Assembly (NCBI GenBank): GCA_963514005.1
Contig: OY740800.1
Coordinates: 15,996,001-16,060,000, forward strand
DNA length: 64,000 nucleotides
Reading direction: 5' to 3'
Origin: Raja brachyura
Taxonomy: Eukaryota
Positions within the stretch are counted from its first letter, which is position 1, and every line of letters starts with the position of its first letter. The notes under the pieces were generated by a model, which was not told the DNA's origin, made no database searches, and was given only the letters and a program-made list of their open reading frames with translations. The position numbers and the translations under genes are program-made. Below are positions 24,495-35,125 of this stretch, one piece after another.

Positions 24495-25465
24495 AACGGC
24501 CACTTCATGGATTCGGACTCTCCAACAGGACCATTGATACCATCACGGCAGCCTGCAGAGAGTCCACAAGGAAGCAGTACCTGACCTACATCAGGAAATG
24601 GGAAGGATTCTGCGTGACTACCAAAACAACATACGAAACCGCCACCATCACGGAAGTGCTGGAGTTTCTGGCTACCCTTCATTACGATGAGGGTCTAAGC
24701 TACAGCGCCATTAACTGTGCCAGGAGTGCCCTATCGTCTTACTTGGGCAAGGGGAGTGACCAATTGGGAATTGGGTCACATCCCCTAGTATCCAAATTTA
24801 TGAGGGGAATATTTAATTCCAATCCCCCCAGGCCCAGATATAGCCATACCTGGGACATCAGCACGGTATTGACGATGCTGAGAGGATGGACACCGAACAC
24901 GGGACTCCCTTTGGCCAAATTAACCTACAAAATGGTCATGATTATGGCACTGATCACGGCGCAACGGGTCCAGTCCCTGCACAAACTCAGTCTGGATGCC
25001 ATGGCAATTACCAGTGGGAAGATCACATTCCAGGTGCAGGGACTATTGAAGCAAGATCGACCCGGAGTGTCTGGACATACGTTGGAGTTCCTGGCTTACC
25101 CAGCGGACACCCGTCTTTGTATCGTTACATTGATTCTGCGATACATTTCAGTCACTAAAGATCTAAGAGGCACGGAAACAGCTTTGCTTGTCAGTCACAA
25201 GAAGCCTCATCACAGGGTCACGGTGCAAACCATTTCCAGATGGTTAAGGGTGGTACTGGATGCGGCGGGGGTGGATACTAATGTGTATAAATCTCACTCC
25301 ACCAGGGCAGCATCCACCTCGGCGGCTAGAAGGATGGAGGTACCACTGGATCACATCCTGGCCACAGCGGGTTGGAACAATGAGAAAACCTTCCACCGCT
25401 TTTACAACAAACCCGTGACCTCCCCTGGCAATTATGCAGGGAGGATTTTAAGTGCTGCCAGATAA
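24488..25465 (+). CDS. DIRS tyrosine recombinase (lambda-integrase family); no in-frame ATG near its 5' end
   Basis: Uninterrupted 325 codons; N-terminal STRKQY..W..F and SAINCARSALS; catalytic AQR, HSTR, AGW, FY motifs. Confidence 0.93.
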   Translation: MLKRPLHGFGLSNRTIDTITAACRESTRKQYLTYIRKWEGFCVTTKTTYETATITEVLEFLATLHYDEGLSYSAINCARSALSSYLGKGSDQLGIGSHPLVSKFMRGIFNSNPPRPRYSHTWDISTVLTMLRGWTPNTGLPLAKLTYKMVMIMALITAQRVQSLHKLSLDAMAITSGKITFQVQGLLKQDRPGVSGHTLEFLAYPADTRLCIVTLILRYISVTKDLRGTETALLVSHKKPHHRVTVQTISRWLRVVLDAAGVDTNVYKSHSTRAASTSAARRMEVPLDHILATAGWNNEKTFHRFYNKPVTSPGNYAGRILSAAR

Positions 25466-25622
25466 ATAACCCTTATGGGACACAATATTGTGTTTGGTAT
25501 GAATAAATACCTGTTTCGTTTTTCAGCCAGTGTCTTGTCTGAATCACGTCCATCCTCTTATCCCAGCTTTAGCGGTGTGTGAGCATGGAGCTTCCAGGGC
25601 ATGAAATCACAGAGCTTTGAAA

Positions 25623-25735
25623 TCTTCACGTAGTCACTCACGTGACTCCGAAGTAAAATAGTAAGATTAAACGAGAACTTACCAGTTTGAAGTTTGATCT
25701 TTATTTTATGAGGTGTTACGATGAGGGATTACGTG
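25623..25735. repeat. DIRS internal complementary region (ICR)
   Basis: 25623-25658 is the exact reverse complement of 21184-21219 (36/36); 25656-25735 is the exact reverse complement of 25882-25961 (80/80); the halves overlap at AAA. Confidence 0.97.
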
Positions 25736-26034
25736 CCCTCCGCTCCTGACCCTCTATTATAAAGATCACCTGGTATGAAAGTTCTCTTTTTCTCTTACTA
25801 TGTCAGTCATTGTGACTGTTTGTTCTGTGATTTCACACCACTGCTTTGAAGAATGTCGCGCATGCGTGCTGGCGGGGTCTTCACGTAATCCCTCATCGTA
25901 ACACCTCATAAAATAAAGATCAAACTTCAAACTGGTAAGTTCTCGTTTAATCTTACTATTTCCAATTGCAATATGCTGGGTAAAATTAGGAATATGCAAC
26001 CAAATTGCCAGGCAATTAAAACGGAGAAAATATC

Positions 26035-26322
26035 TTAGTTTAGATATACACCACGGAACAGGCCCTTCCGCCCACCAAGTCCGCGTCGACTAGCAATCCT
26101 CGTACACTAGCACTATCCAACACACTAGGGACAATTTACAATTCTTACGAAAGCCAATGAACCTACGAACCTGTACATCTTTGGAATGTGGGAGGAAACT
26201 GGAGCTCTCAGAGAAAACCCATGCGGTCACGGGGAGAATGTCTGTCCGCACCCATAGTCGGGATCGAACCCGGGTCTCTAGCGCGGTAAGACAGCGATTT
26301 TACCGCTGCACCGCCGTGCCGT
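26035..26322 (-). mobile_element. V-SINE/HE1-like SINE
   Basis: Minus-strand head ggcacggcggtgcagcggta..gggttcgatcc, central domain and tail. Confidence 0.88.
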
Positions 26323-26447
26323 CCTTGTCATTCTTGACGTGGTGAACATAGAAAGGCATTTGTTGTGCACTCTTGGGTTGCCATGATTTAACTATCAGAA
26401 TTTGGACAGAAATTCCAGGGTAGCTGAAAATTGTGTTTATGGAATAG

Positions 26448-27385
26448 TGTCAAAGTAACATCAGCAAATTTGCAGATGACACAAAGCTGGGTGGCAGTGT
26501 GAACTGTGGGGAGGATGCTATGAGAATGCTGGGTGACTTGGACAGGTTGGGTGAGTGGGCAGATGCGTGGCAGATGCAGTTTAATGTGGATAAATGTGAG
26601 GTTATCCACTTTGGTGGCAAAACAGGAAGGCAGATTATTATCTAAATGGTGTCAAGTTGGGAAAAGGGAAAGTACAACGGGATCTGGGGGTCTTTGTTCA
26701 TCAGTCAATGAAAGTAAGCATGCAGGTACAGCAGGCAATGAAGAAAGCTAATGGCATGTTGGCCTTCATAACAAGAGGTGTTGAGTGTAGGAGCAAAGAG
26801 GTCCTTCTGCAGTTGTACAGGGCCCTAGTGAGACCACACCTGGAGTATTGTGTGCAGTTTGGTTCTCAAACTTTGAGGAAGGACATTCTTGTTATTGAGG
26901 TAGATTCACGAGGTTAATTCCCGGGATGGTAGGACTGTCATATGTTGATAGAATGGAGCGGCTCGGCTTGTATACTCTGGAATTTAGAAGGATGAGAGGA
27001 TATCTTATTGAAACATATAAGATTATTAAGGGATTGGACATGCTGGAGGCAGGTAACATGTTCCTGATGTTGGGGAAGTCCAGAACCAGGGGCCACAGTT
27101 TAATAATATGGGATAGGCCATTTAGAACAGAAATGAGGCAAAACGTTTTCACCTAGAGAGTTGTGAATCTGTGGAATTTTCAGACTCGGAAGGCAGTGGA
27201 GGCCAATTCCCTGGATGCTTGCAAGAGAGAGTTAGATAGAGCTCTTAAAGATAACGGAGTCAGTGGATATGGGGAGAAGGCAAGAACGGTGTACTGAATG
27301 TGGATGATCAGCCATGATCACAGTGAATGGCGGTGCTGGCTTGAAGGGCCAAATGGCCTACTCCTGCACCTATTGTCTATTGTCT
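26448..27385 (+). mobile_element. CR1 LINE ORF2 3' portion with 3'UTR
   Basis: [35 protein letters not shown] remnants; ends gaagggccaaatggcctactcctgcacctattgtctattgtct. Confidence 0.92.
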
Positions 27386-27599
27386 CAAAATCTCCAACCT
27401 ACGGAATCTCTGCAAATAAATCTCCCCTCCATTTTGAGAGATTAGAGAAAGGCTGCCCTGAGGTTGTCAGCCTTCGTTAGGCAGGTGGCATTCCCATGGC
27501 AATGCCAGAGATACATGGAGAGTAGTTTAAAATGGCTTCCTTTAATGCATCTTAAATATTGCAGCATTTTGAATAACTTATCTATTATCTGCAAGGAAT

Positions 27600-28030
27600 A
27601 ACCTCGCAAAGTGCAACACCTCGATCTTGTCAAGTTTAAACTCCATCTGCCATTTCTTTGCTCGTGTTTCCAACTGACCTTTATCCTGCTGATTCCTTTG
27701 GCAACCTTCCTCAGTATCCGCATCACTACCAACGTTTGTGTTGTTTGCAAACTCACTGATCAGTCCACCCACGCATTTATCTAAAACATCACAAACAGTA
27801 GAGGTTCCAGCACTGATCTTTGTGGAGTACTACTGGTCACACCCCTCCACCACTACCCTTTGCCTTCTAAGGTTGTCAATTTTGAATTGAATCTATCAAT
27901 TTTCCATGGATCCCCAGTCTTCTGGTTCCGCTTACCATATGGGAACCTTTTTGAAAACTTTACTAAGTCCATGTATACAACATCCATGGCACTATGTTGT
28001 AAAGCATCTTCATCACTTCCACAAATTACT
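27600..28030 (-). mobile_element. Old CR1 LINE RT fragment
   Basis: ISEFANNT.., WQMEFKLDKIEVLHF remnants. Confidence 0.65.
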
Positions 28031-28532
28031 CAATCACTCCAATTACATTCAGGCTTGTAGGTTAATTGGCACGGTAAATGTAAAATTTATCCAGAGTGGG
28101 TATAGGATAGTGTTAATGTGCGAGGATCGCTGGTCGGCTCAGACCCGGTGGGCCGAGAGGGCCTGTTTCCGTGCTGTATCTCTAAAATAGACTAGAAAGG
28201 AAGGAAAATGGAGAAATAAAGGATTTCAGAGAAGGGATTGCATTGCTCGAAGCATTGGCTGCTGAAGGTTAGTGATGGTGTAGTGATGACAACTGTAGAG
28301 ATATTTAAAAAATCCATATTTGTGTTTACATAGCACCTTTACCAACCTCAGGACAATCCAGTGAACAGTCCCATTGAAAGGAAATATGGTATTAAATATA
28401 CACCAATCAAGCACAAGCATCATTCAGGCATAATTTAATTTTGGATAGACACAAAAAGCTGGTAACTCAGCAGGACAAGCAGCATCTCAGGAGACAAGGA
28501 ATGGGTCGACCCCCTTCTTCAGGCTGAGTTAA

Positions 28533-29648
28533 AGGGGCTGTCCCACTTGGGCGACCTCATCCGTGAGTTCTGGCGAGTTTGCTCTCGACTCTTACTCGCA
28601 GTATGGTTGACACAAGGTCGTAGGAGGTCTTTGTAACTCTCCGTCATGCTTGAGTGTAGTCCCCGTGTACTCGAGGCCTCAGCTAGGTCACGGCATATTT
28701 TTCAACATGTTGAAAAATGCCAGCGAGTTAAAAAAGGGCGCCATGGAAAATATCTATACTTTTTTCACTTGTAGGTTTAGTCGTATTAGGTCATAGTAGT
28801 CGGCATGTTAGTTGTAGGTAATCGAGGGTAGTCGAAGGTAGTCGAAGGTAGTCGTAGATAGTCTTCATCATAGTCGAAGGAGAGACGGTTTGTGAAGGAG
28901 GACTCTCTCTAACTTCTACAGGTGCACAGTAGAGAGCTTGCTGACCGGTTGCATCGTGGCTTGATTCGGCAACTTGAGCACCCTGGAGAGGAAGAGACTA
29001 CAAAAAGTAGTAAGCACTGCCCAGTCCATCATCGGCTCTGACCTTCCTTCCTACCGCAGTCGCTGCCTCAAAAAGGCTGGCAGTATCATCAAAGACCCAC
29101 ACCATCCTGCCCACACACTCATCTCCCTGCTACCTTCAGGCAGAAGGTACAGGAGCCTGAACACTGCAACAACCAGGTTCAGAAATAGGTACTTCCCCAC
29201 AGCCATCAGGCTATTAAACCTGGCTCGGACAAAACTCTGAACATTAATAACCCATAATCTGTTATTTGCACTTTATCAGTTTATTTATTCATGTGTGTAT
29301 ATATTTATATAATGGTATATGGACACACTGATCTGTTTTTGTAGTCGCTGCCTACTATGTTCTGTTGTGCTGAAGCAAAGCAAGAATTTCATTGTCCTAT
29401 CAGGGACACATGACAATAAACTCACTTGAACCTGAAGGGAGGTCGAAGGAGATCGAAGGAGGTCATCTTCACTCTCCATTATTCGGTGTCCAATTTACCC
29501 AAAGTTAGTCGTAGCTAGTCAATGCAAGTCTTCAACATAGCCGAAGGAGGTCTTCTACATAGTTGGAGGTCTTCAACATGACATTTTTTCAAACTCTCCT
29601 AAACTCTTCTAAACTCGCCAATTAGGTCGCCCAAGTGGGACAGCCCCT
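28533..29648. mobile_element. Harbinger-type MITE inserted in a Penelope-like repeat and interrupted by a LINE fragment
   Basis: TIRs aggggctgtcccacttgggcgacct / aggtcgcccaagtgggacagcccct; host ctgagtta|ctacagc is split at T(T)A. Confidence 0.82.
28884..29432 (+). mobile_element. Rex1/Babar-type LINE 3' fragment
   Basis: LQKVVSTAQSIIG..IIKDPHHPAHTLISLLPSGRRYRS..RFRNRYFPTAIRLLN plus a 3'UTR ending gacaataaactcacttgaa. Confidence 0.8.
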
Positions 29649-29717
29649 TTACTACAGCTTTGTGTGTCTATCTTCGGTTTAAACCACAACTGCAGTTCCT
29701 TCCTACACATAGTTGAA

Positions 29718-29925
29718 TTTTAGTTTAGTTTGGAGGAAATAGGCCCTTCAGACCACCTGTATGTCTTTGGAGTGTGGGAAGAAACCAAAGATCTCGGAGA
29801 AAACCCACGCAGGTCACGGGGAGAACGTACAAACTCCGTACAGACAGCACCCGTAGTCAGGATCGAACCCGGGTCTCCAGCGTTGCATTTACTGTAAGGC
29901 AGCAACTCTACCGCTGCGCCACCAT
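29718..29925 (-). mobile_element. V-SINE/HE1-like SINE
   Basis: Near-consensus tRNA head and central domain on the minus strand. Confidence 0.85.
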
Positions 29926-31139
29926 ACCGCACCCAAAGCGGCAGGCCTTGACAGGCCTTTCCTGACAGGCCTTTCCTGACAGGCCTTGCTCTTTAACCAA
30001 GCTTTTGCTATTTCACCATTTGCCGCTTGAATTTTTGTTGAAGGTGATAATTATCAAATACAAATGACCAGGATATTGCAAAATAACGTTTTACTTATTA
30101 TCTATATTGGTCCAGGCAGAGCAGAGACACATCCTCCAAAACAAATTTGCCCTTTCAATATCTCCCACACGAGTTACGGAGAAATCGTTCATTCCAGTTT
30201 ACCAGATGCTTTTTCGCAATTAAGCTCATTTCTTAATTTGAGATTTCAAGAGATAAAATTGCTCCATATATGTTTTGCAGACATCTGTATTTCTAATGAG
30301 TGCAGCAGATCTAATGAAGTTGCAGCAAAATTATTCAGAATTAACGTCGTCCCTAAGGAAATGTAACCTCCTGCCTGCCACAAAGTAACAAGACAAAATA
30401 TTGAGCACAAGGAATACCCAGGCAGCATTGGCAAGATACCAAAGACCCGTTTAACTGTTTACCAAAATGTCGTGGGAACTAAATGTTGTTCCTTTGGATT
30501 TCACTGCAAATCTCTTTTCGGCCTCGATGGACTGTCTTGCTTCCTGTTTATCATTGCTTGGTGCTTGTTCACATTAAGTGAAAACGGATGATGGAATGAA
30601 GCAATAACAGACCTGCTCTCATATTTCCAGAGGGATCAGTTAGTTCTTTTTAAACTTGCTACTTCTCCATCAGCTTCTTCCTGCAAAGAAAATAATTGCG
30701 ATGTTAGACCCACACCTTAGAGTATGTCTCAATAAACTAGGTACTGGGGTGCAAGCAACTCACCTTGGTGACCAGCACTGCACCTCAGCGGGTGGGTCGT
30801 GTACGTTTAATTGAGAAGACTTTTATTTTTTAATCCTATGAAGAGTTCTTGATGATATTCTTGTATGTCGTGTTTCTCTTTAATTCTTTATAGCAAAGTA
30901 TATACACCAAGGAAATCAACTTCAAATACAACAGAAAATTATGGGCAGAATATGCTACAGCAAACTGATGGAGAAAGAACTAGTTAAAAAATATTACTGC
31001 TCTCTCTCTGCAAATATGAGAACAGGTCCTTTGATTTTGTTGGTAAAGTTATTGCTTAATTCTATCGTCCACTTTCACTTAATCTGAATAAGCACAAAGC
31101 AATATCCCACACAAAGCAATAATTAGGAAAATAACCAGG

Positions 31140-31340
31140 AAAAAGCAGGTCTGGAATAACTCAGCGGGTCAGGCAGCATCTCTTCAGAACATGGATGGCT
31201 AACGTTTTGGGTCCCTTCCTCAGACTGACCTGAATTTCACCAGATGTTCTCCAGAGATGCTGCCTGCCCAGCTGAGTTACTCCAGCGCACTGTGCAATTT
31301 TTTTTTGGTAAACCGGCATCTGCAGTTCCTTATTCTTACA
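31140..31340. repeat. Penelope-like fold-back repeat
   Basis: ctggaataactcagc..ggcagcatctc arm and inverse gagatgctgcctg..ctgagttactccag arm. Confidence 0.65.
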
Positions 31341-32047
31341 AAATAATATGAAATTACGTTTTTAATGAGGTAAGCTGATGGTTTGATTTTGGACAGAATT
31401 ATGGAAGAACTCCCATGGGATCGTTTGCCAAACAGACGGCATAAAAGCGTCCTGAGTGCAAAACGATTGTGATTTCAGAGACGTTTGGATCTAGGTGCAA
31501 GGATATGCAGGGAATGGAGCGATGTCGAACATGTGCAGGCTGAGGAGATTAGTTTATGTTGGTGTGATGTGTAGCACAGACATTCTGGGGTGAAGTGCCT
31601 GTGCCATACTATTGTATATGATTGGTGAATGCATTTGGGACAGAATCTTTATTAAACCATTCACAATGTGAAAGAAAATGAGTCTTCTGTATATAATCAA
31701 TATTTCTCCTTCAGTATGTGGCATCTTACACTTCTGTTCATTGAATGCGTTGACATGTTTTGTCCATTTTCAGACCTGGATTGTGAATATGGGAGTGAGA
31801 GATTCATCAAGATAAGTGCTAAGTGTAAAAACACGACTGACATATTTCATGCCATGAGTTCAGTCAAAAGCAATGTTTTCATTTTTTCATTTTTTCATGA
31901 AAGTTCAGCACTCTCCACGGATCTCATTAACTTGCTCCATATTTCTTAAACCAATTCATTTCAAAGTAGGACTAGCCTTCCAATTCCAAGGGCACTCCAC
32001 TCAATGTGTGTGATAGGGTGGTGAGTTATATTAAGTTATGATCTTTA

Positions 32048-32930
32048 TGGGCGGCAAGGTGGTGCAGTGGTAGAGTTGCTGCCTTAAGGGCCTGTCCCAC
32101 CAGCATGCAACTCTATGTGATGAACGCGATCGAACTAGAAGCGGGGGCTGCGCGGAGGTCAGGTGATCCCCTGTACAGGGCCGTTCCCACCAGCATGCGT
32201 CTGCATGCGGCAAGCGCAACCAAACCGGCAGTAGGGGCCGCGCGGAGGTTGGGTGAGTGACGCAACGCGGCGCAAAGTGAGGCGAACTTGGAGCGAAGTC
32301 CAAGGTAAGTTCGCCAGGACAGAGAGGGGCACACAGAGAGGGGCACTGAGGCACACACAGGGCCACGGAGCCACACACGTAGAGGGTCATGGAGGCACTT
32401 ACAAATAGGTTCACGGAGGCACGATGTCGGGGCGGTGTGTAAATGTCGAGGCGACTGCGAGCCCGCAAGCCGTTGCCACGCGGAATTTTTGGACATAGTC
32501 GGTTTTTCGGAGCCCCGCGCGGTGTCGGGACGAACTCGGGACGAACTCCGCACAATTCCGCATGGCTCCGGCGATCGAAGTGGGACTGGCCCCGCAACGC
32601 CGGACGGCTCGAGCGACCACGTTAGGTCGCGCTAATCGCATAGAGTTGCATGCTGGTGGGACAGGACCTTTACAGCTCCAGATACCTGTGATTGATCCTG
32701 ACAATGGGTGCTGTCTGTATTGAGTTTGTACATTCTTCCCATGACCCGAGTGAGTTTTCTCAAGGTGCTCCGATTTCTTCCCACACTCCAAAGAGGTACA
32801 AGTTTGTCAGCGAATTGGCGAATTGTTAATTGTCCCTAGTGCATGTGAGATAGCGTTAATGTGCGGGGATCGCTGCTTGGCACAGACTCAGTGGGGCGAA
32901 GGGCCTGTTTCTGTGCTGTATCTCTAATCT
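32048..32930 (+). mobile_element. V-SINE split by a CpG-rich Harbinger-type MITE (32087-32669)
   Basis: TIRs agggcctgtcccaccagcatgcaactctatg / catagagttgcatgctggtgggacaggacct; TSD TTA at 32084-32086 and 32670-32672; SINE continues cagctccagatacc. Confidence 0.88.
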
Positions 32931-33683
32931 GTGCTTCCTTGTTGCTCAGGAGATTCCATATTCAATTTCATTGAGGTTTACCATTTACTTTCAGATCGTC
33001 ACTGATGCTCATGTATTGCATTTGAAGTTGATAAACTGATATGCTTTTTGATTGCCAATTGGTTGTTGAATTAGTATCTTCCTTATGTTGTGGACAATAT
33101 TGTATTAATTACCAGTTAAATTGTAAGCAGCTTCACTGTATCTCAAGAGTGTTAATTGCTGTTGACTGAACTCATCTCATTAAAAGTGTCAGTCAGTGTG
33201 TGTACTCTTAGCACTTGTCTTTCTGAATTTCTCAATCCCTACATGAACAATCCAGGTCTGTTAACAACTGCTGTATAATTTGCTGTTGTGTGTACAGAGG
33301 TTGTGCTCATTCATATAAAATAAGTTTTACATGGCTTGTCATGTTGCTACTGGTAACAGAAGGTTGAGATATGGTCTTAGTTAGACCATTAACGCCCGAT
33401 TTAAGGATGGACTAATATTGTGGATAATACAATTTTAAAGAATACTATTTGTTTTATTTTGTTCAGTTTTGAAATTGCCTACTTCTGTTAAGGTTAAAAA
33501 ACCAACCGTGTCCTAATTTAATGCTTGTGTGGTTCAGCTCTGGAAGTTACCGGTACAGAACCTCTCTGAGGGATAAGCTTTAGCAGATCTGAGACCTCTC
33601 CACAAATAAGACAATCCCTTAGCTGTTTGACAGAGGTGTACGTTGCGCTGTCATATTAGTGAGAGACACGTACAGTGTGTGGG

Positions 33684-33833
33684 ATGACGATGGATTTACA
33701 ACAGATGGAACGTGAGAACAGAGATGCAGCAAGAATAAACTGCCTCCGATTAAGTGCAGTGAGGAGAAACAAGACTTTCTACTGTGTTATGCTGCCTATG
33801 ATGTACCTCTGTATCCTCTGGCACATTGTAAAG
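33684..33833 (+). CDS. Candidate alternative first coding exon of PTPRR (50 codons, phase-0 donor)
   Basis: ATG-initiated open frame ending exactly at AAG|GTGAGT; basic patch followed by a 19-aa hydrophobic stretch; phase matches the exon at 47212; no homology evidence. Confidence 0.4.
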
Positions 33834-34494
33834 GTGAGTTATTTAAGGAATAAGAGCGAAGCTGCATTTAGATCCTATGTAAACTATATCAGGACAATAA
33901 ATAACAAGTTGATTTTATAACTGAGTGGAAAAACCTTATTCGAATAAGGGTAAAAATCATAAATATTATAGTTTGTTGAGGAAAGTCTGTATGTTTAAGA
34001 TTGCTATGCTAATATCATGTGCATATGTTACATTTAAGATTTTACCTGTGAATAATGTTTGATATTTTACAATGATAAATACATTGATAATTGTTGCAGC
34101 ACTTAAATGTTTAATTAGGGAGCTTTTGATGTTTAATAGGTTAGTTTGTTATTTTAATGTTCCATTCATACAGATGGATGGTGAAAAGGAAACGTTTGGT
34201 TTCATTTCATTCATGACGGAGGTTTCACTGTGTTTTTAATTATGTGTTTCACAATTGTCTACATCTAAGTTTTTGATTAAAATAATTGCTTGGCTTGAGT
34301 TGGTCAGGCTATAACTAATTCAGAGGCTGCCCACAAAGATGCAGTTTGCTATCTTTGCTATCTTGTGGATCTGTGGTTACATGTACACTGCAGGACACTG
34401 ATTAGCACAGGGGGAAAGGATCAAGGTCACACTCATAGAGGATGGGAGCTCTTGCAACAAGACCAAGGCAAAACATCATGTAATGCTAAATGCA

Positions 34495-35125
34495 AGGTGT
34501 GTGTGAGGAAGAGATGATGGGAGTGTGTGGGAGTGTGGGTAGGAGTGTGTGTGAGTGGGAGTGTGGGTGGGTGGGAGTGAGTGTGCGTGTGTGCGGGAGA
34601 GGGTGAGCGTGCAAGTGTGCGGGCGAGTATGCGTGCGTGATGGAGAGTGTGTGCGGCGAGACAGTGAAAGTGCGTGAGTGTGCGTGAGTGTGCGAAGGTG
34701 CGTGCGTGAGAGTGTGCATTTGTGAGGGTATGTGCGTGAGTGTGTGAGGGTGTGTGTGTGAGGGTGTGTGTGTGTGTGTGAGGGTGTGTGAGTTCATGTG
34801 TGAGGGTGTGTGAGTGCATGTGCGTGTGTGAGTGTGCGTGTGTCAGAGTGCGTGTGCGTGTGTGATGGAGAGCGTGCGTGTGTGAGGGTGAGTGTGCATA
34901 CGTGGGAGAATGTGTGTCAGGGTGTGTATGCATGAGGGAGAGTGTGTGTGTGAAAGAGTGTGTGTGGGTGGGTGGTAGAGTGGGTGGGTGGGAAAGTGTG
35001 TGTGTAAGAGTGGGTGGTTAGTGAGTGGGTGAGGGAGAGTGTGTGTGAGCGAGACAGTGTGTGTAGGAGTGTGTGAAGGAGTGTGTATGTGGGGCAGGTG
35101 GGTGAGTGTGAGAGAGAGAGGACAT
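34495..35125. repeat. Degenerate (GT/GA)n low-complexity tract
   Basis: About 630 bp of interrupted gtgtgtgag/gtgcgtg repeats. Confidence 0.95.

Larger units (their letters stand above)
21184..25961 (+). mobile_element. Full-length DIRS1-like tyrosine-recombinase retrotransposon
   Basis: TTT at both ends (21184-21186, 25959-25961); 35-bp perfect ITRs (21210-21244 / 25853-25887); internal complementary region 25623-25735; gag, RT-RH-MT and YR ORFs in the canonical order; no TSD. Confidence 0.97.

Noticed and set aside
32031-32791. Overlapping GC-rich ORFs and a CpG-island-like patch
   Set aside because: The CpG-rich part lies within the MITE TIRs (32087-32669) and no protein motif is recognisable; not a promoter island or gene.
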